Positions 34,240 through 47,484 of a stretch of DNA of 64,000 nt are shown here, one piece after another (position 1 is the stretch's first letter; every line of letters starts with the position of its first letter). The stretch is taken from positions 5,480,310 to 5,544,309 of the forward strand of contig CAVNZM010000008.1 in assembly GCA_963693365.1 (NCBI GenBank), in the 5' to 3' direction. Below the pieces are notes generated by a model, which had not been told where the DNA came from, searched no databases, and was given only the letters and a program-made list of their open reading frames with translations. The DNA comes from Amoebidium appalachense. Its lineage: Eukaryota > Protista > Ichthyosporea. The position numbers were made by a program, and so were the translations under genes.

Positions 34240-35606
34240 AACCATCTATCCATCATCCCACCCCCACCTCGTCGTCTCCCCTCTTATCTTCCCCCTCAAC
34301 AACCAAGGGTTCATAGCGTTTGCAACAACCCCCCCCCCCCCCCCCCTTCCCCTTCCCCCTCCCTCCCCCCCCCCCCCCCCCCCTCCCCCCCTCTACGCAC
34401 CCTTCTAACCCTCAGCCACACACACACGTCTTCCTCCCCTCTTCTCCCAACCTGTAATTATTTTCCGGTGCGCTTTGTTTTCTTTTGCGAGACAGGGTTT
34501 TGCCTTCTTGACTTCTCCATTGATTCGATAAAGAATGAGTGAGCAAGCATGTGCATTGAAACACCTCAAACTCTTAATTTTGGACACTCCGTCCCAACCC
34601 CCCCTCCATCATATATCAATCAAACCTTGATTCCACCTTTTAAAAGAGTGTGTGTGTAGTCTCTTTTCCAAGGTTTGGAAATGTTCATTTTGGAAATTTT
34701 GGAAATTTGGAAATCTATCACACAGGGTGTCTATATGGCTATTGGTTAATTAACGGCCTATTCAGTCCCCCAAAACTTGCTATTGTGTGTGTTGTTGTTG
34801 TTGGGGGGGGGGGGGGGGGGGGGGTTTGTATGTGTGTAACGTCCGTGTAACCAACTTCCCGGAATTTGAGACCCCGTTTTCATCTGTGTATAACTAGTAA
34901 CTTCGGGGAAATGGAGTCTCGCTATTTCGGAATCTCCTAAAAAATTCTGGATTTATCGATTTTCACTATATGTAAGACAAAGTGCAGTCCTATGTCTGTA
35001 ATGGAATTTTACTTGGCCTAAATCCCCCGAATTTGGAAAAAAAAATAAACTCCCCTGTTTCACACTAACGATCGTTTCACACTTGTGAGTTTTTGAGGGA
35101 TCACTGTTCATGAGCTTTCTTTAATTTCATGGCTAAGAGGATTAAAGTGCCATCTCTTTCGAAAGTCTGCTAGGGGTTTGAATCTTACTGATGAAAAGTC
35201 GATGGGCTGCCTGGGCCACGGACATGGATACTAGCAGGTTGACTGGCCCCTTTTTGCAGGCTGTAAAGTCACGGATCCGTTCGGTTACATGATATCCCAC
35301 CAATCAAAACGCTCTGACGTGATTTTTGACCAATGGCTGCAGGTTGACCAAGGAGCATCGGACCAACCTGAGCAAGCTGGCAAAGGAGACGGCAGAGGGA
35401 GGGAAACAGAGGGTGAGGAGGGTCCGCACAAAAGGTGTATGTGTGTGTGTGTGTGTTTGTGTACCTATGTGTGTTTTTTTCTTTTTTTCTTTTTTTCTTT
35501 TTTTGGGGGGTGGGGGAGGGGGGAGGGGGGGAGGGACGGGTGGTTGGTTGCATGTGTATGTAGTTGAGGGTTTGAGGTTTTAATTTTTTTCTTTTCTTTT
35601 TTTTTT

Positions 35607-35654
<48 letters not shown>

Positions 35655-35662
35655 GCTTGTGA

Positions 35663-35747
<85 letters not shown>

Positions 35748-36016
35748 AAACGGGTGGGTGGGAGGGGGAGGGGTGGGAGAGGGGGGTTGCAAGTCTGTTC
35801 GTTTGTGTGTGGGGGGGGGGAGGGGAGGGGAGGGGGAGGGGGGGGGGGGTGATTGCATGTGTGGTTGGTCTTGGGCGGAAGGGGGCGGGGGGAGGAGGGG
35901 TGTGTGTGTGTGGGGGGGGGGGGGGGGGAGGGGGAGGGGGAGGAGTGATGCATGTGAGGGAACGTGTAGAGGGAGGTGTGTGTGTATGTGGTTGTAAGGG
36001 GGAAGGAGAATTTTTT

Positions 36017-36068
<52 letters not shown>

Positions 36069-36345
36069 GAGAGGGCAGAGGTATGTGTGTTTGTGCGCAT
36101 GTGTTGGCATGGTTTCTCCCCCCTCCCCCCCCCCCCCCCCCAACCCCCCCCCCGCCTGTTCTTCCCCGCCTACCTAGCACATGCGCAACCTGGTCTTAAC
36201 AATTGTTGTTTTATCATTTGGTGTTTTGGCAATGAAGTACTGCGCTGGCAAGAGGAGGGGTTGCAGACACTCCGTTTCTTTCTTTCTGTACGTGGCTTTA
36301 TTGCTGTCACAATCGTTGTGTGTGTGGGTGGGTGGGTCTTTTTTT

Positions 36346-36384
<39 letters not shown>

Positions 36385-36606
36385 TGGAGGGGGGGGGGGG
36401 AGGAGGGGGGGATGGAAGAGGGGGGGGGGGGATGTCCCTCGAACGCGATGTGGTGAGAGGGATGGTGGTCGTGGTGGGAGGGTGGGTGGGTGAGTGCATG
36501 TGTGTGTGTGTGGAGGGGAGGGGGGGGGAGACGGACGGAATCTAAACATGTCCATTTGTGGAGAGGTGGAAGGTGTGTGTGAGGTGGAAGGGGGGAAAGT
36601 GGGGAG

Positions 36607-36665
<59 letters not shown>

Positions 36666-37433
36666 AGAAAGAATGGATTAGGGTCACGAGAAGTAGGGTG
36701 GTGGGGGAGGGGGGGGGGTGTTTGAAGTTTGACTAGTTTTAACGACTATGTCGGCCTTTCTCGATCGTGACGTAGTTTTTTATCCATGTCCGGACTTTCC
36801 TAAAACGAACATTTCATATATGGCAATTACCAATCAGTGCGCTCATTGTTATCGGCTTCGGCTGCCCGTGAGCCACCATGTATGATCCAATGACGTCATT
36901 CTTGAATTCGTGACATCATCAATGACATCGTGTTAATTATAAATTACGTCATAATTACGTCATAATCGAGAAACCCCGACATAGACCTTGAATAATAGAA
37001 TGGTCAAAGTCCCCGATCTTAACCTTTCCCTCCCCCCCCCCCCCCCCCCCCCGCTCCCCCCCTCCGCTTCTTGCAAATACCAAAACTTAAGTTTAAAGCT
37101 GACACCTGATTGGCCGCAGCTCTTACCGATCTGAAGAAGATATCAAGGGCCATGTCGAAGGATGACGAGAGAGCAATCGAGAAGGAGGTGTGTATCCCCC
37201 CCCCCCCCCCTTTTCCCCCCTTCCCCCTCCACCCTCCCTCTCCATCCCTCTCCCCCCCCCCCTCCCGCTCCCCTTCCCAACTCCCTCTCCATCCACCCCC
37301 CCCCCCCCCCCCCCCCTCCCCGCGCGATGGAGCATACTCACACGTTTGTGCTCTTTTCTGCAATACCCACTATTGTGTTGTCCGTCGTGAGTGTGTACTT
37401 TTTACTGTGTAAGACATCCTTACCAACCAACCA

Positions 37434-37481
<48 letters not shown>

Positions 37482-37644
37482 CCGCCGCCGCCGTGCTCCT
37501 GGTACCCCTTCCTTTTCAAACCCAAAGTAACTATATACACCAGCAAGATGGGAAGGTGAGAGAAAAGGGGGAGGTCGAGGGGAGAGGGTGGGTGGGTGGG
37601 AGGAGAGGAGCGAAAGATGTAGAGACAGGAGGGGCTGAGGGAGC

Positions 37645-37727
<83 letters not shown>

Positions 37728-37822
37728 AAGAGGGGAGATGGAGAGGGCGGAGATAGGTGGGGGTGGTTTTGGGGGGTGGATGGGGGGGGAGAGGGGGAGG
37801 GGGGGGGGGGGCAGAGAGAGAG

Positions 37823-37871
<49 letters not shown>

Positions 37872-38522
37872 AGGGAGGGAGGGAGGGAGAGAGAGAGGGA
37901 GGGAGAGTGAAGGCGGATTACGACGAGAGGGAGGATAGGTGATCGGACTAGTTCCTCCCCCCCCCCCTCCCCCCCCCCCCCTCCTCCTCCCCTCCCCACC
38001 CTCTCCCCCCGTGCACACACAGAGTTGTGTGTGTGGGGGGGGGGAGGGGGGAGGGAGGGGGGGGGGGGGGGCACCCACCCACCCACCCACTATCTCACCC
38101 ACCATACCCAATACCAAAAAAGGGTGTGTGTGTGTATGTTTGTGGGGGGGGGGGGGGGGGGGGGGGGGGAGGGCTTTAGCCCACAAACCCAGATGGCTAA
38201 AAATAACACTCACCTATGCAACCGCATGGACGTGTCATAATACTCGCATTCCCCAGGCGCCAGCAAAATGCACCTACATGCACGCACGCCCCCCCCCCCC
38301 CCCCCCCCCCCCCCCTCCCCTCCCCCGAAACTCAGACGCAATTGATGACTTGGGCCCTCCCTGAGGATGGGCTCTGCTTATGACGCATACTGTGCGCATG
38401 GCTGATGTTGCATACTTGAATGTTTGCCTTTGCATGTGTCCTTCGTGTATGCGTACTTCGTACCGTGTTCCGCATTCAACCCCCCCCCTCCTCTCCCCCC
38501 CTCCCCACCACGACCACACACA

Positions 38523-38597
<75 letters not shown>

Positions 38598-38903
38598 GAA
38601 AAAAGAAGAAAGAAAAAAGAAAAAAGGAAGAGGGAGACAAGAAAAAGAAATGCTTGAAAGAGGACTCATGAAATTTAGAAAGAACGAAAAAGAAAAGGGA
38701 CACAAGGACTGATGAAAAAAGACAAGGAAAACAGTGAAGAGCAGTGTAAATAAATAAATAAATAAATAATAATAATGATAAATAAATAAAAACACGACTA
38801 ACAAAGCACGTTCGCGCGCACACAGCTGCAGACCTTCACAGACAAAGCTGTCAAAGAAATTGACGACCTTTTGGCCAAGAAAACGAAGGCTATTATGGGC
38901 TGA
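29492..38903 (+). CDS. MRRF: Mitochondrial ribosome recycling factor; exons 29492-29681, 31003-31085, 32287-32347, 33353-33468, 33698-33789, 35343-35434, 37120-37187, 38826-38903
   Basis: Presequence ending RGMAKK, then [110 protein letters not shown]. Phases are consistent throughout. Confidence 0.95.
32034..32226. repeat. Degenerate ~31-bp minisatellite (atRaNcgttgccaatYagagctat-like)
   Basis: About six diverged units in MRRF intron 2, each with a gttgc(c/a)aat-like core. Confidence 0.55.
38326..38479 (+). mobile_element. 453-bp intronic repeat family, copy 4 (5'-truncated, deletion subfamily) in last MRRF intron
   Basis: cgaaactcagacgcaattgatgacttgggccc...cgcattcaa-CCCC, embedded in poly-C; shares the deletion seen in copy 3. 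Confidence 0.9.
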
Positions 38904-39213
38904 AACGGCTGGCAGATATTAATAATTTAACTATATTGTTAGAGGAACTTACAATGTTTGAAAGTGTATTGAAAATTTGTTTTGTTTGTGATAAGCATTT
39001 ACGTGAAACAAAGTTACTGTTCTTTGCTTTTTCTGCAGTGTCTATTTAGTTGAATGCGGCGGATTGTTTAGAGAAATTGAAATATGTTTCATTACCAATG
39101 TAGATTTACCCCTCCTCCCACCCACCCCCACCCACCCACACGCACACAATCACACAAACACAGGCACGCGCACGCACGCGCGCACACACACATACACGCG
39201 CGCGCACACACAT

Positions 39214-39270
<57 letters not shown>

Positions 39271-39553
39271 TCACACGCGCGTGCGCGCACATACAAGCGC
39301 ACCCACACACATGTCACCAAACACACAAAGTTTTAACACATAATGAAATCCGAAAGAATAAAAAATAAAAAATGATCATCAGAGGACCGGCAACTGTTCG
39401 TTTGATACTGAGGCCTTCCCTTGTCGATGTGGCGCTGCAGAAGTCCGAAAGTGTTCAATTTTTCCTCCCTGTATCGTCTTCTTTAGCCTTTTATAAGGAG
39501 TTCATTCCTTTCCCCCCCCCCCCCCCCCCCCCATTCCCCCCCTTTCTTCCGTG

Positions 39554-39608
<55 letters not shown>

Positions 39609-39656
39609 GGCTCTCGACCTCTCTCGAGCTCTCTCTCTCTCTCTCTCTCTCAAGCT

Positions 39657-39693
<37 letters not shown>

Positions 39694-39818
39694 CCCCCTC
39701 CCCCCCCCCCCCCCCCCTCTCTGAGACCCCCTCTTTCTCTCCCCCACCCTCTGTCCCTCTCTTTCTCTCTCTCTCTAGATCTGAGACTCTCTCTCTGTGT
39801 GTGTGCGCGCGGCTCTCG

Positions 39819-39882
<64 letters not shown>

Positions 39883-39883
39883 G

Positions 39884-39953
39884 CAGGCCAAAGTGTAGTC
39901 CAGGCCAAAGTGTAGTCCAACTGGAAACTTGGACTCCGGGCCAAAGTGTAGCC
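39884..39953. repeat. Short repeat ggccaaagtgtag x3
   Basis: caggccaaagtgtagtc occurs twice in tandem, with a third ggccaaagtgtag at 39939. Confidence 0.7.
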
Positions 39954-40148
39954 ACCTTGTCATTGGAAAAGGAGGGGTGACTTCAAGTTGGCAAATTCGT
40001 GTGTGCACGTCAGTGTGTGTGTGTGTGTACACATGTGTGTGTGCTTGTGTGCGTGCACGGTGTCTGTGCACGTGTTAAAGAACATGTGCACGTGTGTGAT
40101 CGCGCACATGGTCCCCCCCCCCCCCCCCCCCTTTTTTTTTGTGTGTGT

Positions 40149-40189
<41 letters not shown>

Positions 40190-41961
40190 GTCACATACTC
40201 ACACACATGCACACACGCGCGCGCGCTTCCACACATATATACGCACACACACACACAAAGACACGACGTGTGCCACCTCAACTTGTCACGACGTGTACAT
40301 GTATGATGCAGGGGTGGTCTAAATTTAAGATTTTCCCAAATTAAGATTCTAGCGCTAGAAATTTTATTTTTTTATAATGACTTTATTGATGTGCTCATGT
40401 GTTCGAAGGACACGAAAAAGAGATATCCCAGATATGTCGAGAGACGATTTTCGAGTCACTCAAATGAGAAGTACAGTAAGCTCACTGGAATACGGACCCA
40501 AAAGTATGAAAATACAAAAAAACACATACGGCAGCCTAACGCACTACTGAAGACGATAAGTTGATATCTCGGCTGCCACAACAACAACAACAACAACAAC
40601 AACAAAAAAACCTCAATAAAGGTGACCTAATATGAATTGAGTTTGAGTAAACGCACACGTTAACAGCTAATTAGCATCGATGGCAGGGTGCAAAATGAGA
40701 AGCTTGGGGTATGCATATGGCTAGATTGCTCCATCAAAGCCACGAAGATGTCTAGGCTACAAATTGCTAGGAAGCCATCTGTAACTACTCTAGAGACAGA
40801 GCCCTCCCCATCACTGAAGCAGCACAAGCATATAAGGTTTCGAAAGAACAGTACAGAACATGTAAGACTGCAGAACTACCTTAGGGGGCGCGGCGACAGG
40901 AGTAACCCTCCAAGGAGAATAGCAGCCAAACAAGGTAGCCTAGCTGTAACGGGAGATGCAAAAGGAACCAATACTACCAAGCAAGCGGGTACACAAATCA
41001 AGGCTATAGAGCTAACTGCCACCACAAGAGCCCGTAACTGTAGCCGGCTGAGGAAGCTTCTCGACGTCCCAGTCTGCCACAAACTACACCGGACACGCGC
41101 CGCGGAGGAGACGTCAACCAAGCCACAGTGGCACCCCAAGGAGAAAACGTAGAGTTAGAGAAAACTTAGTTGTGCCCCCCATGATAGAAAAAGGGTGCCG
41201 TCGCTAACCCAGAAGGCCACCAACCCCCGAGAAGCCTCGCGGCAATCAGAGAACCATCCGCGCGCCCCGACGGGTGAAGGACGCGAAGACAGAACCATGA
41301 TGGAGAGAGGTATGTAGCTCACCAGCTCCTTGGGGCCCGCAGGAAACAACCATCACCCCGGTTGCCCCAGCACCTGCCTGGAGGTCATCCCCCCTGCACC
41401 GGACTTCAGTCCCGTCTAGAATTTTTAGAAAATTTAAGATTCTAGCTGGCTAGCCCACACGGTACATATGAAGAAAAAAAAAAAAAATTCCTTTTGACTG
41501 GATTTATTCGGCGGTAAGATATGCAAGTATGCACGGCATACTGAGACAATAAAAACTTCACGAGTTATTCAGTAACAAGTGAAAATGAATTTTTTTTCCT
41601 GACGTCCTGGTGGGCTAGGCGGGGTTCTGGAAATAAGATTCTAGCACACTGCAGCCAAAATTCACAATCTCAAATTCGGCCTACCCCTGTATACAGACAT
41701 CACGGGCCGTACACATGTAAAAAAGCTACGAACGCCAGGGTTCGAAGGACGGTGGAGCCCATTAACGGAAGTCGAAATCCCTTTTCGGAAAACCTCTTCG
41801 AAAATCAGAATGCTGTGTATGTGTACATGCCAGTGTGGGTGTGTGTGTTTGTACCAACAATTTCTTGTGTGTGTGTGTGTGTTTGTGTACTGTGTGTGTG
41901 TGTGTGCCACGGGGTGTGTGTGCGTATGCGCCGTGTACATGGTGTGTGTGTGCAGTGTAAG

Positions 41962-41999
<38 letters not shown>

Positions 42000-42367
42000 T
42001 GTGGGTGTGGGTGGGTGGGTGCATAGCATGTGATTGTACAGGGTGGATGCATGTGCACGTTTGTAATACAGTTATCATGATCTGAGATAGTATGTGCCTG
42101 TGCACGTGTACTTGCCTAAAGCTCTACTTAGTCTAGACTAAGTAGCCTGGTCGTCATGTGTGGTCAGTCACGGCTGTGTATCTATGTGCATGTGTGTCTT
42201 TGAACGGAACACAGTCACTGGTGCACAGTGTGTGTATTGCCTGCCATTTAAGACGCGTGCCACTGATCGTGATACACATGGCACCTGTACCTGGTGGCCG
42301 TCGACTCTGAGCATCTAGATCCATTCCATGTTTAGTTAGGCTTTCCTGGGGGGGGAATTCGAAGGGC

Positions 42368-42404
<37 letters not shown>

Positions 42405-42416
42405 ATCCGCCTGAGA

Positions 42417-42465
<49 letters not shown>

Positions 42466-42708
42466 GGCCGGAGCGGCGGTGGGGGGAGAAGGAGGGGCAG
42501 CACTGGTGGAGGGAACGGTGGGCAGCGGAGGATGGGGGAATGGGGTTCGATTTCTGGGCCGGGGGGGGGGGAATTCTTGAAGTGGAGGTCGCGGCCGGCC
42601 TATATATACATGCGCAGGCATATGCATTGTATGTTCATGTGGCCATGCATGGCTATGATGCATATGTGGTGTCACGGCTGTGTGTGTGTGACTGTGTGTG
42701 TGTGTGTC

Positions 42709-42740
<32 letters not shown>

Positions 42741-42788
42741 GGTGTGTGCATAAATGTGTTTGGTGTGACAACATGTACATGTTGAATG

Positions 42789-43476
42789 AAGCTTTAGTAG
42801 GAAGAAGATTGCAGTTCATATCATGATTTATGTGGCTTGACCCGGATGTGCTGGAATGGGGACAATAATCGGCCTAAAAGAAGCCCCCTTTAACGTTCCG
42901 GTGCACCTGTCTGAGTGCACGAAGGCACGTATAGGTGTGTGCGTGCTTGTGCAGGAGTATGCGGGTGTGTGTGCGTTCGTCAGGGTTCGAAGTTACGAAA
43001 AAAATCGGAATTTCCGATATTTGAAAACACAATTCCGAAAATCGTCCCAGCCGAATCGGAACGATGGGGGGGCTTCGGGCGTTCCGATTCGGCCGGGACG
43101 ATTTTCGGAACTGTGTTTTATAATATCGGAAATGCGGATTTTTATCGTAACTGCGAACCCTGACGAACGCACACACACCCGCATACTCATGCACAAGCAC
43201 GCACACACCCTAACACGTACTGACGTGTTGCCGCACGTGCGACGTTTAACATCTACAAGTAAAAAAAAAAAAAAAAAAAAAAAAAGAAAGAAAGGAGACA
43301 CCGCCTCAGTAGGTGGTAGGCACACACCTATGTATACGTGCCTTCGTGCACTAAGACAGGTGCACCGGAACGTTAAAGGGGGTTTCTTTTAGGCCGATTA
43401 ATTGTCCCCATTCCAGCACATCCGGGTCAAGCCACATAAACCATGATATGAACTGCAATTTTCTTCCTAAAGCTTT
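42789..43476. mobile_element. Foldback/MITE-like long inverted repeat (~275-bp arms, ~15-nt loop)
   Basis: Left arm aagcttta..taggaagaagattgcagttcatatcatg...gccgaatcggaacg is the reverse complement of the right arm cgttccgattcggc...catgatatgaactgcaattttcttccta-aagctt, with scattered mismatches. Confidence 0.85.
43210..43319. mobile_element. 110-bp MITE with ~21-bp hairpin TIRs and 9-bp TSD
   Basis: Insertion in the right arm of the foldback, flanked by gcacacacc (43201-43209 and 43320-43328). Left end ctaacacgtactgacgtgttg versus reverse-complemented right end ctaccacctactgaggcggtg. Confidence 0.75.
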
Positions 43477-45560
43477 ATTATTATTATTCCATTCTTTATT
43501 TCTATTTTTTTTCTCTTTTATTTTTCTTTATTGTCGTCTTATGGCGCATCTGTACCTTGCTGCCGGCAAAAAGATGGTGCGCAGCTGATGCGCAGTACGC
43601 CAATCATATAGCTAGAATCCCCTCTGACCCGACCCGGCCCAAAAAGCTAAAAGAAACCCCCTTTAACGCACACACAAGTAGAGTCGAGGTCCGAATTTCA
43701 TTCGCACTTCAAAAAATTTGTCACGGCGGATCCTCCTGGGCCAGGCTCATGATCGTTCCCAAGTACTAATAGTCACGCAAATAGCTAAATAGTACTCTCA
43801 TGAGCTATCATGCATTGTACTAGTTAGGCAACCTTGTTTAAATTTTACATAAACCATAACGTGTGTGCACGTGTTTGTGCCACCACTTACGTGACACTGA
43901 GTATGATCATGATAGGGCCATGAGTCACTGGTGAATTGACTATTTTTAGTGTGAATTGACTGTGTCAACTCCTGGGCCCTGGCGGCACACGTGTCAATGA
44001 CGTATGGTGGCGGGTTTGCTTCGAATGTACACGAAACCTCCTTCTGTTTACTACGCCAGAAACACGTTTGATTGGCTGACGTGGATAGGCGACCGTTCCC
44101 CACAACTCAGGAAAAAGCTACTTCTAACTGAAATTTGCAAACTAAATAATAAACAAACGGGCATATGTAGAGCTAAAGCTTTTTTTACGATTATATATAA
44201 GCGTGTAAAAATAAACAAAAACTAAAAAATATACATTATCAATGTAGTCAGTGTAGTGAGACTATGGGAATTGTGGAGTAACGCGCACAGTACCAGAACC
44301 CGATAAATATTGCCAACTAGTAAAATTAGCTGATTTCTAGACAGCCTTGCTGGCTTGGGAGACTAATGGCACGCACCGAGATCGAACTGATCCTCCAATC
44401 AGGCCTGCTTTACCACCCACACTAGAACGCGGCATATCGAGGAATGTATCCTACGTAGGAACCCCCTGGAAAAGCCTTTACTAATCCCAAACTTTTAGGC
44501 TTCCAGGCTCCATTTTGCAGTTAAAAACATTGGTAAGGTTCTTTTTGTACGCCTAGATTAACTTTTTTCGGATACTAAGCAAAGTTTTAGCACGCTTTCT
44601 GTTTTTCACGTGTTTCTAAACATTTTCCTGCACATCCAGCAGATCTTTGCCACCGAATCTCCGCCAATCATAATTTAGGCTAATTCAGAAAAATGTGAGT
44701 CACTGAGTGCATCAGTGTCATCACGTGCGATCGCGAGGGCATGGCGGATTCCAGAAAGTTGACATTACAACTTACAAGTCTACTCGTTTCATAATTCCTG
44801 GTGTGTAGCAAATCTCGTTTCGAAATTAATCAAAATGTACTGCTTAGTATCCTATATCTCGCAAGGACATCGTATCTTTTCGTTGCCAAGTTGCCAAGAG
44901 TCGAAAAATGTCCCCAAGAGGACACTATATTAGTAAGATTCCCGCGCCACTATGCTATGGCTACGTCACACTGGGAATTCCAGGAGAGAACAATAAAATA
45001 AAGATATTTGAAAGGGGAAGTAGTGACAAGAGATATATAATATTTTAATTTGTATTATGAGGAAGCTTGTGGTTAGCTTTAGTATAGCCATTTCGAGAAT
45101 GCATATGCTGGCGCACTGGGGCACAATGGTTTGGCTCAGGAATGCGCTTTGGCAAACATCCCCTCGCCTACATTTGCTACAGGTCATGCAATACTATTGC
45201 CGGTTGTCAGAGTTCCCAAAGCTATAAACATCCGAAACTCACGGAAGCCTCCGTCAATCAGTTTTGTTTTGCGCCGAAGCACAGCTGGTGGGCTGTACTG
45301 TACGTCTATGTAACTCTTTCCTTGGGAGGGGAAAAAGGTCTCACACAAGAGGTAATTTTTTCCTCCCTTGTTCTTTTTTTTTGTTTCTTTTTCCCCAACA
45401 AAACGGTGCGTTTACAATACGTAACGTAACGGCACCTTGTTCAACTCTCGACGCAGTTGCTGTTGTACTCTTTGGTACTAGTACACAAGCTTTCCCCTAC
45501 GGTACCTGGGTTTCGTCTTTCGTCGCACGCTACACCAGCACCCTTCTTACACTGTAAATA

Positions 45561-45905
45561 ATGGAGCTTCCTTATCGTATGGAACGCCAGGCTTCCATGC
45601 CTGTCAAAATGTCAGCGCGCATGAGCGTGCTCCCACCAGAAAACATGCGTGTTGCCCGGCAGGTATCCTTCAAGGAAACCATCGAAGAGTACCCAACATA
45701 CGAAAAATACAACGGTTTCTTCTCCGAATACGACCGACGCCCTATTCATCGTCAGAAAAACATGACAGAATCGCAGGTTAAGGAGATCTTTGAGGACTTG
45801 AAGCAGCTTAGAGACGAGCTTTTTCCTGATGGAAACCCCTTCCAGGAAGGATCTGGACGCCAGAGCTCCGACGCCAGTGTTTCGGACCTAGCCGAGCTTG
45901 AGTAG
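45561..45905 (+). CDS. Small intronless protein (114 aa) with Phactr/Bni4/neurabin-like PP1-docking module
   Basis: Clean ORF with A at -3. RQVSF (RVxF), EEYPTY, EYDRRP and an amphipathic helix MTESQVKEIFEDLKQLRDEL. TATAAA at ~45223. Confidence 0.75.
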   Translation: MELPYRMERQASMPVKMSARMSVLPPENMRVARQVSFKETIEEYPTYEKYNGFFSEYDRRPIHRQKNMTESQVKEIFEDLKQLRDELFPDGNPFQEGSGRQSSDASVSDLAELE

Positions 45906-46934
45906 ACATCTCCCAACATGTTGAAGCTATTTTATTGAAACCATGTGCATATTTATATAGACTTAGTGGCCCCATACAAACCACAACACGGCGCACTTTC
46001 GAATGAATGGACTTTACTTGTGCGCGTAGGTGAATGGGAACCTATACTGTCTCTAATACTTGAACCCATGTTGCATAGCCCTTGGCACAGTTTAATGTCA
46101 ATGATGCAGTAAATAAAGAATAAGTTCTTGTATGACTTTCCTCACCAACTCGAACCTCCCCCCCCCCTCCCCCTATGCTCCCCGGGCCCCTTGGCTCTCT
46201 GCGTGTAACCTTAGTAATTTCGAGTGGGCTTCCCCCTCTATTTTCATAGGGGCTCACCTTTGTCGTACCTACACTTTACACCTGCGTTTCGTCTCTGCTC
46301 CCATCTCAACCTTTCCAGATGCTTGTAACTGAATGTGTGGTAACGTTGAAATCATTTAGAGTATTCTCAATACTCGTTGTACTCTTGCTTGTTATATCTC
46401 TCCATTTTCTCTCCCGCAGTACTCAAAAGTTTGGTTTAAAAGGAGGTAGCACTCGGGGGTTTGTGTACAGGGTAGGGAGGTTGGTGGTGGTGGTTTGTGT
46501 GTGTGTGGTGGACGGGGGGGGGGGGGGAGGGGATGGAAAAGAAACTCACATGAGGGCCACCATGGCCATCATCGTCTACAGACATAACAGTCTTGCCACC
46601 GGGGAGAAGACATTCTTCTAACCTTTTTTTGGGTTGTGCTCGTATATATGTGGTAGAGGGTGTGTTTTGTGTGTGCGTGTGGGTGGGGGTTGGGAAGGAC
46701 GACGTAAAGGGAGAGGGGGAGAGGATGTTGCTGTAACCGTTTAGCCCTGCTTGGCAAGTTCCGAAAGCGAGTCAGAAAAGTAGTGCCACGAGGGCTCAAC
46801 CTTTTCCACATAAAATGCTCAAGTTTGGAAAAAGAGCAAGACGAATGGCTTGCAGGGAGTTTTTGTGTGCATGCACATTGTGTGAGGCGTGAGGTGAGGT
46901 ATCGTTGAGTGGGGGAAGGCATGGGGGGGGCCGG

Positions 46935-46972
<38 letters not shown>

Positions 46973-47484
46973 GGCCCCGGCGAGGCTCAGACTGGAGGAA
47001 TTACGTAATCAGCGAATCACAGTTCACCTCTCGAATCGGTTCGGTTTGATAATCTATCACACACCTACCAGGTATACTTTTGCCCCATTTGTTGTGTGCG
47101 ATTTACCGGTCTGGTCCGTTATTACACGGGCCAAGTGGACTGATTTCCTGGCCCGTCACCCAACAGTCAGTTCGGATTCAAGCGTTTTCAAGGTTTCAAA
47201 GGCTGTTTTGTTTTGTTTTTCCTTCACACACAAAACACCCTGATTCCTACAGTGTAGTGTGGGCTCGTTAGGTATCAAAGATTCAAACACCTTACGCGAG
47301 TAAATATTGTGTTTCCTTCTGTTTGTGTCACATGTCGTCCAGTGTCTCTTTGTTTCACGGAAAGGTTGTAAAGGCATGGGCAATGATTGAGTAGCCTGAA
47401 CAGAGCAAGTTAATTTTAACACTGAATTAGGTAAACGTTTGGTGGGACATCGTGCCTTGATTCATTACGGCCAGACAAGAAGAA

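Noticed and set aside
40688-41152. 154-aa ORF as a gene
   Set aside because: GTG start, no recognisable domain or splice context.
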